In this document: positions 14,003 through 26,380 of the stretch, in pieces
How the letters are laid out: every line of letters begins with the position of its first letter
Position numbering within the stretch: the first letter of the stretch is position 1
Assembly (NCBI RefSeq): GCF_023055435.1
Contig: NW_025963802.1
Location: 36,642,001-36,706,000, forward strand
DNA length: 64,000 nucleotides
Reading direction: 5' to 3'
DNA from: Haliotis rufescens
Taxonomy: Eukaryota
Program-made: the position numbers and the translations under genes
The notes under the pieces: generated by a model
Told to the model about the DNA's origin: nothing
Databases searched by the model: none
What the model saw: only the letters and a program-made list of their open reading frames with translations

Positions 14003-15063
14003 CAGAGTGAGGCCAGGGGTGACATGGGTGCTGATAGGCAGAGTGAGGCCGGGGGTGACATGGCTACTGATAGGCAGAGTGAGGCCGGGGGTGACATGGC
14101 TGTTGATAGGCAGAGTGAGGCCGGGGGTGACATGGCTGCTGATAGGCAGAGTGAGGCCGGGGGTGACATGGCTACTGATAGGCAGAGTGAGGCCAGGGGT
14201 GACATGGCTACTGATAGGCAGAGTGAGGCCGGGGGGTGACATGGCTGCTGATAGGCAGAGTGAGGCCGGGGGTGACATGGCTGCTGATAGGCAGAGTGAG
14301 GCCGGGGGTGACATGGCTACTGATAGGCAGAGTGAGGCCAGGGGTGACATGGCTCCTGATAGGCAGAGTGAGGCCGGGGGTGACATGGCTGCTGATAGGC
14401 AGAGTGAGGCCGGGGGTGACATGGCTGCTGATAGGCAGAGTGAGGCCGGGGGTGACATGGCTGCTGATAGGCAGAGTGAGGCCGGGGGTGACGTGGCAGC
14501 TTATAGGCAGAGTGAGGCCAGGGGTGACATGGCTGCTGATAGGCAGAGTGAGGCCAGGGGTGACATGGCTGCTGATAGGCAGAGTGAGGCCAGGGGTGAC
14601 ATGGCTGCTGATAGGCAGAGTGAGGCTGGGGGTGACATGGCTGCTGATAGGCAGAGTGAGGCCGGGGGTGACATGGCTGCTTATAGGCAGAGTGAGGCCG
14701 GGGGTGACATGGCTACTGATAGGCAGTGTGAGGCCGGGGCTGACATGGCTGCTGCTGATAGGCAGAGTGAGGCCGGGGGTGACATGGCTCCTGATAGGCA
14801 GAGTGAGGCCGGGGGTGACATGGCTGCTGATAGGCAGAGTGAAGCCGGGGGTGACATGGATCCTGATAGGCAGAGTGAGGCCGGGGGTGACATGGCTGCT
14901 GATAGGCAGACTGAGGCCGGGGGTGACATGGCTGCTGATAGGCAGAGTGAGGCCGGGGGTGACATGGCTGCTGATAGGCAGAGTGAGGCTGGGGGTGACA
15001 TGGCTGCTGATAGGCAAAGTGAGGCCGGGGGTGACATGGCTGCTGATAGGCAGAGTGAGGCAG
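14003..15063. repeat. 36-bp minisatellite, ~29 copies
   Basis: Unit CAGAGTGAGGCCGGGGGTGACATGGCTGCTGATAGG. Confidence 0.95.
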
Positions 15064-15133
15064 GAGACATGGAGGTGGCAGAGAAGGAGAACATTCCCCA
15101 GGAGGGCACTGCCCGACGTGTGTTCAGTAACAA
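14006..15133 (+). CDS. Probable next ZNF511-like exon, largely a 36-bp repeat, ending ...GDMEVAEKENIPQEGTARRVFSN(K)
   Basis: Open frame to a strong AA|gtaagt donor at 15134. The unique tail resembles the ZNF511 segment preceding its C-terminal motif. The acceptor (tcctctcag at 14005) is uncertain. Confidence 0.45.
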
Positions 15134-15887
15134 GTAAGTACTCTCGCTATACAGTGGAGCTTCATGCAGACTTGTACAGACTATTTCATGAATTTTTTTT
15201 CGTCATACTCATTTTAAGTGAATGAGTTAGTGAGTGAGTTGGGTTTAACGCTGCTTTTAACAGTATTCCAGTTGTATCACGGCGTGTCAGCTTAATGTGG
15301 GAGGAAAGCCCGAAGTGATGCAGGTCTCAGACGTTTACCACTCCGGTGAAACCCACGAGCACGGGTATGGTGCTGACAAACCTAGAAACATAATCGGGGC
15401 GAACCGGGATTCGAACCCACAATCATAGGTTTCTTGCGTGCCCAAAGGACGCAACTCTGCACAGCGAATCGCGGAGCCTTAGACGACTGGGCCACCCGTG
15501 CCCCCTCTCATTTTAAGAACAAAATGTTATAATCTATTTATTTCGTGCACAAGAGCAAGGAATTCAGCATTTCTGACCTGAGTTTGAAGGGAGATATAGG
15601 AATGGGTGCATGTTTCCGGTGCAGAACTCAAAACCATGAGAGATATCTTAACCAAAATTGTCACATAGATACGTAGGTCTAGTTATTGCTAAAAGCTGCG
15701 TAAAACCATACTCACTCACTCACTCCCCTCTATGGAAATGATACTGGGGAGAATTAACAAAAATTTCAGTCTAACTTATGCAGCAAGAAATTGAGAATGT
15801 ATCAGGGGCTGACAGCTGGGACATTTCTTAGAGACAGGGTATCCTTGGTCACTGCTTCAAAAACTACAATATTCCTCACTGAAGTGG

Positions 15888-16242
15888 GACCGCCTCCGTG
15901 GTCTAGTGGTAGAGCGTCCGCCCGGAGAGCGGAAGGTACGGGATTCGATCCCCGGCCGCGTCATACCAAAAGACGTTAAAAGATGGTACTTGTTGTTACC
16001 CTGTCTGGCGCTCGGCATTAAGGGGCTAAAACAAGGACTGGTCGGCTCGGAGTCAGTATAGTGTGTCTGAGTGGGGTATTCATGTTAAACTGCGGCATGG
16101 TATCTCAGTGTGCTAGCACTATAAATCGGTATCACTCCGGACTAGTACAAGCAGCCACACACACACACACACGTGCATGCACGTCGCTATATAAGTGCAA
16201 TAATCTTGGACGCGACGTTAAACCCAATTTCACCTCACCACC
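15888..16242 (+). mobile_element. tRNA-derived SINE family D, Meta-domain-like with internal (CA)n (other copies ~2000-2250 minus, 46006-46345, 51697-52097 minus, 55530-55866 minus)
   Basis: A/B boxes, GTCATACCAAAAGACGTTAAAAGATGGTAC core, (CACCT)n tail, TSD CTCACTGAAGTG. Confidence 0.85.
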
Positions 16243-17307
16243 TCACTGAAGTGAGGATCCGAACACTTTTCTTTCAGTGGTCCATTCATATTTTCTCTCT
16301 TGCATTGACGTTTTACTTTTTTTTACAACTTATTTATGGTCAGGACAAGTCCAGTGAACAACTGATTTTTTTTTAAATTAGAAACCTGAGTGTCGGGTGC
16401 TACCGGTAGGGTACCTCTTTTCGCGAACACTTAGCGTCATCACTGCTTTCAGTTACCATTCATATAATGTTCACTACTATTTGACTTTTACGCCCAATGG
16501 AATCTGTTTCATCGGATAATCGAGACTGGTTATTCAATGGTGTTGAATATTCATATTTCATTTTCTTGGGGCCAAAGAGGAAGTTACACCTCAAATATTC
16601 TCTCCCTTCTATTACAATTCTTCTGGCCGAAGTTTGTGTGAATGAAATCAATGGAGGTAAATAATTCCCAGTTCCCTGTATTTATTGTGTAGATAGGAAT
16701 CGGGTGATTATATTGTTGAAAGGACATGTCCCCGGGTAGATATACATGTATACATGCTGTACAATGTATTTTGAGGAAATACAAAACGTGTGTCTGTACT
16801 GATATTACGTAGCCCCAGCAGCTTTATAAACTGAGGGGCAAAAGAACATATTCAGAGTTGTTTTTGTACCTAATTAAAAATTCTGAGAACTGTTGTTAAA
16901 TTTTCGAAGTAGTTTTCAATCAACTCGCGCAATTATTTCTATATATTTAAGTACAAATTTCATTGTTTTAACTCAAACACTGAACGCTTATGTAGTGACG
17001 CCCAGCGTCTAATGTTACTTGATACTGTGTAGTATGGATCAGTGTGCATTAGATGTTTCTACCACATACCCGTAGGGAGTACACAACCCAAACTGTCCAT
17101 GACGCGCGAGAAGGTTAACAGTCTTATAACCATGTCATCCTACCAGGTACCCATTCACTGCAGGGTGAAGAGAGGCATATTTCGAACAAAACTTCTTTCT
17201 TTAGGAGACACGAACTTAGGAGTGACGGCGTTGCTTAACTATGCACAGGACCACGTCCCACCACACGATTTCTCTATCCACGACTTCCACCCATTCGACA
17301 CTTACAT

Positions 17308-17465
17308 GGGCGGTCGGGTAGCCTAGTGGTTAAAGCGTTCGCTCGTCACGCCGAAGACCCGGGTTCGATTCCCGACATGGGTACAATGTGTGAAGCCCAT
17401 TTCTGGTGTCCCCCGCCGTGATATTGCTGGAATATAGCTACAAGCGGCGTAAAACCATACTCACT
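17308..17465 (+). mobile_element. tRNA-derived SINE family A (other copies ~5509-5658, 13661-13830 minus, 31100-31263, 38340-38493 minus, 47786-47947)
   Basis: A box TAGCCTAGTGG, B box GGTTCGATTCCC, (ACTC)n tail, TSD TCGAC(A/G)CTTACAT. Confidence 0.85.
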
Positions 17466-17978
17466 CGACGCTTACATAGATTTGCTGATAATATGGTCTT
17501 CGTCAGTGTTTGGTTGCAACTATCTGATTCTTAATGTGTGTAGTCGGGTTTTCTTCTATAATGAAAAAAATCAAGCCCCCGTTTTTCCCGAAAAAATACG
17601 TATGGCTGCATTCTAGGAGAGGAAATAAGATGCACTTTTCTTGCAGACAAGCGTCCAAAGAATATAGTTTCTTTTTTTTATATATTTCCAAAAACTACTT
17701 TAGTACCTGTTGTAAAACATATTTTGTTTAAATTGCTCAAACCAACGTCACCCTACGCCGTACTTCCGAGTTGTTAATAAATTATTCTCTGAAATACTCA
17801 TGTTCTTTTTTCTATGAGGGTTTCATTGATTTAAGTTAAGATCTGAACGACGTCACATGACATAGAGACACTTTGGCAAATCTGGACACCCGTACAATTA
17901 GTTTCTGACACTCCCGGAAACGGAAGGGGATTATGGTTCTGTTCTTATACAATATCCCTACTCGTTCATGTATCTATA

Positions 17979-18260
17979 GGGGGCACGGGTGGCCCAGTCG
18001 TCTAAGGCGCCGCGATTCGCTGTGCAGAGTTGCGTCCCTTGGGCAGGCAAGAAACCTAAGATTGTGGGTTCGAATCCCGGTTCGCCCGGATTATGTTTCT
18101 AGGTTTGTCAGCACCATACCCTTGCTCGTGGGTTTCAACGAAGTGGTAAACGTCTGAGATCTGCATCACTTCGGGCTTTCCTCCCACATTAAGCTGACAC
18201 GCCGCGATATAACTCGAATACTGTTAAAAGAGGCGTTAAACTAAACTCACTCACTCACTC
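17979..18260 (+). mobile_element. tRNA-derived SINE family B, V-domain-like (other copies mostly minus: ~1587-1856, 5692-5870, 8030-8235, 10397-10675, 15225-15508, 22565-22856, 31938-32220, 37823-38060)
   Basis: tRNA-Leu-like head TGGCCCAGTCGTCTAAGGCG...GTGGGTTCGAATCCC, body GTGGGTTTC...TTTCCTCCCAC, (ACTC)n tail, TSD CATGT(A/T)TCTATA. Confidence 0.85.
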
Positions 18261-18600
18261 ATGTTTCTATATCACGTGACAAGAAACCTTGGTTGGAAAA
18301 TTATAATAGAAAAGTAACAAAAACTACACTCAATAATTTTAATTAAATTCATATTTAACCATAACACCTAATTATATGCAAATATATACTGCCATTAATA
18401 CTCAATCATTCCTCAAGCAGCAGTTGATAAATAAAGTACTTGATAATATAAGGAAAAGAATAAAAATATTTTTTGTGGGGAAAACACTGAAGAACTGCCT
18501 CAAATTAAAAGTGGTTCCTGTTTTGCATAAAAAACATTATACATATGCGTGAAGCTGAACCGCATGACGTGTGAGTGAGTGAGTGAGGGAAAGGAACTTT

Positions 18601-21600
18601 TCAATAGGGAAATGGACGATGGCACTTTTCTTCATACATTTTGTCGAATCGCTCACTCTGAGCAACTGTGAACCAGTTCTTCCAATCGCCTGTTTCGCCT
18701 GCAAACAGAAGTATGTACAGTAAAGTACGGTTATAACGAACTCAAAGGGACTACTAATTTTAGTTCGTTATAACCGTAGTTCGTTATAAGCATATATACA
18801 GCATCACTACAGCAAATAGTCGGGACCAAAAAAGTAAGTTCGTTATATCCGTCAGTTCGTTATAAGCGTGTTCGTTATAACCGTAGTTTACTGTAATTCA
18901 ATTATGTATGTTACCATAGAATAAAGATCACCTGCCTCGTCATATGATGTTATAACATTGTCTTGGAACGTTAGAATTACCTTTACTTATTTCTCAATGT
19001 CAGGATGTGCCATACCTCTGCTGAACAAACCAGATGACCCGTCTCTCCATGGGTTCAAGTGTGTTGGGTCCTTGTGCTTGGAAGCCTGTTTCAGCTCAGA
19101 AAAGCTGCATGCGTCAGAGATTTCTTCGTAAACCTTGTCAGATAGAGGACGATTGAGGAATTCAGCAAGGCGCTTTATTTCCTCCACATTATTCTGACCA
19201 AAAACGAAGCATTCTCTTGTAATAACAATGTCAAATGAATTAGTTATTTGTTCGTATTTGTTAAGAAGTTACCCACAATAAGTGACACAAATTGTGTAGA
19301 TTTGTATTTGAATAGAAAAGAATTCTGATTCTGAATTCTGATGATCAAGTTCACTATGTACGGGAATTGTTGATACACGCGGTATGATGGGAACACTACA
19401 TAAGTTTTTATGTATGAATTAGATCTGTCAATTGTACGGGAATTGTTGATACACGCGGTATGATGGGAACACTATATACGTTTTTATGCATGAATTAGAT
19501 CTGTCTATTGTACGGGAATTGTTGATACACGCGGTATGATGGGAACACTACATAAGTTTTTATGTATGAATTAGATCTGTCTATTGCACGGGAATTGTTG
19601 ATACACGCGGTATGATGGGAACACTATATACGTTTTTATGCATGAATTAGATCTGTCAATTGTACGGGAATTGTTGATACACGCGGTATGATGGGAACAC
19701 TATATAAGTTTTTATGCATGAATTAGATCTGTCAATTGTACGGGAATTGTTGATACACGCGGTATGATGGGAACACTATATTAAGTTTTTATGCATGAAT
19801 TAGATCTGTCAATTGTACGGGAATTGTTGATACACGCGGTTTGATGGGAACACTATATTAAGTTTTTATGCATGAATTAGATCTGTCAATTGTACGGGAA
19901 TTGTTGATACACGCGGTATGATGGGAACACTATATAAGTTTTTATGCATGAATTAGATCTGTCTATTGTACGGGAATTGTTGATACACGCGGTATGATGG
20001 GAACACTATATATGTTTTTATGTATGAATTAGATCTGTCAATTGTACGGGAATTGTTGATACACGCGGTATGATGGGAACACTATATATGTTTTTATGTA
20101 TGAATTAGATCTGTCAATTGTACGGGAATTGTTGATACACGCGGTATGATGGGAACACTATATAAGTTTTTATGCATGAATTAGATCTGTCAATTGTACG
20201 GGAATTGTTGATACACGCGGTATGATGGGAACACTATATAAGTTTTTATGCATGAATTAGATCTGTCAATTGTACGGAAATTGTTGATACACGCGGTATG
20301 ATGGGAACACTATATAAGTTTTTTATGCATGAATTAGATCTGTCAATTGTACGGGAATTGTTGATACACGCGGTATGATGGGAACACTATATAAGTTTTT
20401 ATGCATGAATTAGATCTGTCAATTGTACGGGAATTGTTGATACACGCGGTATGATGGGAACACTATATAAGTTTTTATGTATGAATTAGATCTGTCAATT
20501 GTACGGGAATTGTTGATACACGCGGTATGATAGGAACACTATATAAGTTTTTTATGTATGAATTAGATCTGTCAATTGTACGGGAATTGTTGATACACGC
20601 GGTATGATGGGAACACTATATAAGTTTTTATGCATGAATTAGATCTGTCAATTGTACGGGAATTGTTGATACACGCGGTATGATAGGAACACTATATAAG
20701 TTTTTTATGTATGAATTAGATCTGTCAATTGTACGGGAATTGTTGACACACGTGGTATGATGGAAATACTATATAAGTTTTTTATGTATGAATTAGATCT
20801 GTCAATTGTAAAGGACCGTGGGGAGTCCGGGTTAAAATTGGTCCCCAGGAACCTGTTCTAAACGTAAGAGGCGACCTAATGGGTCAGGTGACATGGTTGA
20901 AGTCGTGTCGCTGCTCACAATATCAGTCACTCGATTATTTACGTCATATTGTTGGAATATATGGCGGTATTCACCACACACACATTACACACACTTGTAA
21001 TCGATGACATATCTACAAAGACGGGTACTCACTCTTTTCAATTCTTCAAAATGTACTTGAAGAAAAGGAACATCCGGGTAGTCTTCTGGAAATTTGTTCC
21101 ATGCCAGCATGTGATCCAACACTGAATCATAGGGTACTGAAATGGACATATCACCTGGGACTAATTGGTTGGCGTCCATCAGCTGTTCATAAAAGTGCAA
21201 TTAAACTAGATCACACATGACAAATATATATATTTTCCTAGAAAGTAGTGAACATACATTCCCAGTGCATTTTAGTATATGTGTTGCTTAACGCCACACG
21301 CACACAATAACGCAACATTCATGCGGTGGTCTGTAAATAATCGAGCCTGGAGGAGACAGTTCAGTGATTCACATCACGAGCAACGATCCACGCAAATGGT
21401 ATGACCACCCGATCCCATTACGACAAGCGTGTCTTGCTGAAGACCAANNNNNNNNNNNNNNNNNNNNNNNNNNNNNNNNNNNNNNNNNNNNNNNNNNNNN
21501 NNNNNNNNNNNNNNNNNNNNNNNNNNNNNNNNNNNNNNNNNNNNNNNNNNNNNNNNNNNNNNNNNNNNNNNNNNNNNNNNNNNNNNNNNNNNNNNNNNNN

Positions 21601-24600
21601 NNNNNNNNNNNNNNNNNNNNNNNNNNNNNNNNNNNNNNNNNNNNNNNNNNNNNNNNNNNNNGTTAATTATGAACAAAATATTCTACAGTCTTACAAACGA
21701 AGGGTTAGATCTGCAACAGTAGATGAGTCAGTTTCAATTTAAACCCACGTCGACAATATTGTAGCCACGCTGTGATAATCTGCACTTGTTACACATTAGT
21801 AATGTCAATATAATGTATGTCAATAACTATCTTGCAGTATATGGGCTTCTGAAGTCAAACTTTGGTACTGACAGTTTCCTTTGATAAAGGCATCCATGAA
21901 GTTTTCCCAGGAACCAGTGAAAGACGGATCCTTTGATTTATCCAGCCAATCTTGATTCGTAAGATTGTTGTAGTAAGACACGGCAACATCTTTGGGGTTT
22001 CTCTGTACATTGATGACCCGACACTTTCGTTCCCAAATTTGTCTTGGCAAAATGCTGAAAATTAGGCACATATTTTATCATCTCATAATGACACAAACTA
22101 AAAATGCAAAATGTGGATCTGACGCTTGTCTGACAAGTCTATGAATACGACGGAGAAAGATAAAAAAAAGTACGACTGATTTGGAAATGACAGTCATCAA
22201 TCAATGTTACAACGTTATGATCGTAGCGACGTCCAATTCCACAGTCTGTTCAAATTCTATGCAAATAATTTCCTTTATCCATTTGATAAATAAAGGAAAA
22301 TAATTAAAGGAGCATCAAGAACGTATAATGCCTTGACATGAATATATATCCACAGACATAAATGATATTTTAAAAAATGTCGTCTTGGATAAGATAGATA
22401 TTATATTTAAGAAAAGCCTAAAATGTAAATATCCTCATCCTTTGTGTCTTGTCGAACCCTAAACCTTTCTTGAAATTAATTCATTCTTTTCATCCGTCCG
22501 AACAAGCCATACAGGAGAATACTAAGGGTATATACAGATGACATAACGGCGGAAGAGATGGAATGAGTGAGTGAGTGAGTGAGTGAGTTGGGTTTAACGC
22601 CGCTTTTAACAGTGTTCCAGTTATATCGCGGCGTGTCAGCTTAATGTGGGAGGAAAGCCCGAAGTGATGCAGGTCTCAGACGTTTACCACTTCGGTGAAA
22701 CCCACGAGCACGGGAATGATGCTGACTAACCAAGAAACATAATCGGGGCGAACCGGGACTCGAACCCATAATTATAGGTTTCTGGCCTGTCCAAGGGACG
22801 CAACTCTGCACAGCGAATCGCGGCGCTTTACACGACTGAGCCACCCGTGCCCCCTGGAAGAGATAGAATGCCTGTAAACAACGCGTGTTTTGACGCGGGA
22901 CTGACTGAGTGAACAGATACAATGGGTGCGTTTCAGCAGGAACTTCACGCAAATAAAGCGACGAAACCATTTCCACAATCAGGGATAAACTCTTTAAAAA
23001 ACAGAAACGCATAGGAAATAGTGAGAATGTTGATTTTTGTTTATTCATGAAACATGCAATACAAATGTAATATTTTTTTATTGAACGGTGTTAGTCACAT
23101 GTTCGTTAACTGGTGTAGTGCACAAACACAGCCATTTTAAATTTTGTAGCTTTATACAGCATTTGTATGCACGAAAATGTCATGGAAATGGAATTGCAAA
23201 TAAAATGCACGTGCAATTTTGTAAATCATGTGATGTGACAATGACTATAAAAGGTCAAACATCAGTCGACATTTTGTCATACGTTTGTCGACTTATTGGA
23301 AGTGGGAAAGTGAAGGCTGCCAATCACAACATCGCAAGAGGACGTCTTGAAGTGGGAGAGTCCCGGTCTACAGTTGCACGTCATTTCAACGTACACCAGA
23401 GCACCCTATCTCATTCATGGGATCGGTATGCCCGCCTCAATTCAACCCAAAACGTACTTGAAGTGGTAGACAAAGAGTCACCACCTCCATATTCACTAGA
23501 AATCTCGGCTAAAAGCAGAGACGTTTGAACGATTCCGACCATATCATGACCATGTGTTCATGAATCACTATCATACAGTGATGACACCAGGGATTCGCGA
23601 AAAGGTTAGCATATCCTGCCCCACCGGTGGCAGCCTTCATAAAAACATGCATGTACAAATAAAAATAGGGAATAGCAATGGATATCATTGGAACGACATT
23701 TTCAAATTTCCGAAATTTTCTGTTTGGGAAATATCTTCATATGACACGGAACTAATTTCCATAAATGTCGACGATACCACCGACAGTTCTTCTGAAACCA
23801 GATGAAAAGTTGGTACACCAGCACTGAATGTTCTACAGATGGTCGAAAGGACTGGATCATATCATAGGTTTCGAAGAAGCGGGGGGGGGGGGGGGGGGGG
23901 GGAGTCGAAAGGTCAGTCAAATAACTATTGGCATGGACTTGCTACAAAATGTGTCATTACATACTATATATCAGCTTCAATATGTCATTATTAGTGTGTC
24001 ATGTTGAAAACTTTTTTATGATAGATATTGGTGCTTAAGTACTTTCGAGGTGTATACCTATCTACCTTACACTCACCTAGGTTTCAATACATTTGTATCT
24101 ATCTTCTTCACACTTACCTTGGTCGGTATATCTATCTGGGTTACACTCACATTTGTCAATCTATCTATCAACGTTACATTTACCTGGGTCTATGATGGGA
24201 TGACAATATTCTTGGAGAAGAAATGGTTTCAAAATCCTCTTCCATTCCCATGTCAATGTGGGAACTTCTTAGCCAGTGTTTAGCATATTCAGCTTGCCCT
24301 GCTGTAATCATGTTAATAATTTCCCATGTCCAGTGGGCGCCTGCAAATGGAAATTACATAGTTTAGTTTCATTCATATTTTACAATATGTACCATGTCAA
24401 TTCTTTTTTACAATATATTGATAACAGGCCCTTGGGCTGATTCAGCTTTCTTAAATACTCGTAACCTAATACCATACACAGTCATTTCTGATACAGACAA
24501 ATATGTTCCGTATTTACAAATTGAGGAAATACAACTGATAAGATATATCTTTGCAATCCCCATAAAGCACATGATTACATGAACCTGTTTATAGCCTTTG

Positions 24601-25487
24601 TTTATATATATGTTCTTATATATTTTCAACTTGTAATCAAATAGTTGCACTTGTTTTAACGCCGCATACTTTTAATCTAAATGCATAGACGCCTATTGGA
24701 ACGTGCATAAACGTAGGAATTGCACTGTAAAATTTGAAATGTAGGAAAGTGATGATTTGCACGTAAGACTTTCCTTACAGATTATAAACAGGAACACGAA
24801 GATAATTTCCCTAAGTTATGACTTATGACGAGTTATATGTCCAAAGACCATATGACTATTGCCAGGAACTGCTGCTGCTGTTTTCAAATCATACTGCAGA
24901 AGTCAGAACGTTCCAAAACCAGAAATGGAAGGCAGCAATGGTTTATGCAGTTCAACATGAAATACATAAGTCAATTCTCTCTTTATTGGTACTGCTGCAA
25001 CAGCTTCAATAATAATTTCATATAAACGAAGTATCTTTAAGTTTCTAATTAATTATGCTAATACTTAATTCTTCTGAACTACTTATTTATAATAAATGGT
25101 TATTCTTCTTTTTTCATATTTAAATTGGGAACTATATTCTCAAAAAAATGATATTAGGTTTGATTGCAGATTTTCTAAAGTGCAAGTAAATGTGACAGAC
25201 ACAGAAAAGAAGAGGAAACAAGAGTTTAGAGTACTAAACAAACAATCATTGCCTTAGAAGCATTTACACGTTGCACATATAACAGGTTTTAAGTTATATC
25301 TGTCTATATTGTTAAGGTTCCTGCCTGATTTGGGATATGTGCAGAGGTATATATCGTCATCTCGCACTCCACGGGACTTCATGGTAGATATAGTGTTGAT
25401 GTCCGCAGCTGTTACTACTTGGTCCTTAAACATGGCCAGTTTAAGCTTGAAACCAGCTTCCATTCCTTCTTCCGCTCGAGTAGACAT
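18601..25487 (-). CDS. Cytosolic sulfotransferase (SULT1-like fold), 6 coding exons
   Basis: Exons 25487-25325, 24340-24184, 22054-21873, 21136-21033, 19193-19016, 18698-18601 are all phase compatible. Motifs: [62 protein letters not shown]. Intron 1 needs a GC donor. Confidence 0.9.
18718..18893. mobile_element. Tc1/mariner (pogo/Tigger-like) MITE in the last SULT intron
   Basis: TA|CAGTAAAGTACGGTTATAACGAAC ... GTTCGTTATAACCGTAGTTTACTG|TA, with internal GTTCGTTATAA repeats. Confidence 0.8.
19357..20810. repeat. 76-77-bp tandem array, ~19 copies, in SULT intron 4
   Basis: Unit TGTACGGGAATTGTTGATACACGCGGTATGATGGGAACACTATATAAGTTTTTATGCATGAATTAGATCTGTCAAT. Confidence 0.95.
21448..21661. other. 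Assembly gap (N run)
   Basis: N bases. Confidence 1.
22915..23490 (+). mobile_element. Tc1/mariner transposon 5' relic (N-terminal HTH region)
   Basis: [34 protein letters not shown] resembles the Tc1 transposase paired-like HTH. Confidence 0.7.
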
Positions 25488-26090
25488 ATTTATTCCTAGC
25501 AAACAATATAAAAACTATTAGTGATACATTGTTATATTTCTAAAATTGATAATCCTCATGTTCTTACCAGAAATTAAATAAAGCATTGCATAATTAAACA
25601 CTAATCCTAGTGAGATGGCAACCACGAGGAGACGCGTTGCTAATGTACACGATAATTATAGTGAAAACGCTTCTTGAAACACATCTTGTACAAATCAAGG
25701 GCATGTCCTATTCGGCGTATAAGCCAGGTTAGTGTATTTCAGGTGTTCCCCGAGGGGATGCTGAGACTGAATAAAATTCAAGTATTCAATGACTGATAGA
25801 GAAGCACCTAATACAATACACAGCAACACGATGTGGCACCAATAATGCGGAATGTATATCCTGATGAATTCCTGTTTCGTCCATATATACTCCCACGCAA
25901 AAGAAACGCAAGTCAAGTATGCAGTATACATGTTATTTATTTCAACAGTAAAGACACGAAATACTAATAGGGTAAGATTGACAAAAATTAGACTGAAGAC
26001 AGTTTAATGGATTAAAAGGCAGATGACATAATTGGTTTTTTTCAAATGTTAAGGGCTTACACAGTTTCGGGTCAATACCCAAAATGTCAG

Positions 26091-26380
26091 TCAATACCTG
26101 GTGTGACCACCATTAGCATTGATCACTGCCACACATCTCCTGTACATTGAGTGGATCAGACGATTTGTGAAGGCCCTAGGGATCCTCCTGCACACATCCA
26201 GAGCAGCTGTGCGTAGTTCATCGGCAGTTGTAGGGACAGGGCGCACATTGTGCAGACGCCTTTGAACCTCATCCCACAAGTGTTCGATGGGGTTCAGATC
26301 AGGGCTGAGGGCTGGCCACGGTAGAACACGGATGTTGTGTTGTTGCAGAAAGGCCATGGTAGCTTTGGCAACATGCACAA
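26091..26380 (-). mobile_element. Tc1 transposase C-terminal fragment
   Basis: VLPWPALSPDLNPIEHLW ... LIHSMYRRCVAVINANGGHTRY*. Confidence 0.9.

Noticed and set aside
13865-15225. Other-frame and minus-strand repeat ORFs (PISSHVTPGLTL, MSPPASLCLSAA)
   Set aside because: The 36-bp unit is stop-free in several frames. Only the plus frame ending at the 15134 donor has independent support.
17308-17375. tRNA genes (Asp-like and Leu-like heads)
   Set aside because: They continue into SINE bodies with tails and TSDs and lack a proper acceptor stem.
19357-20810. CRISPR-like array
   Set aside because: Units are contiguous and near-identical with no unique spacers, there are no cas genes, and it lies in a eukaryotic intron.
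21364-21742. ORFs spanning N runs (also 55749-56050)
   Set aside because: Assembly gap artefacts.
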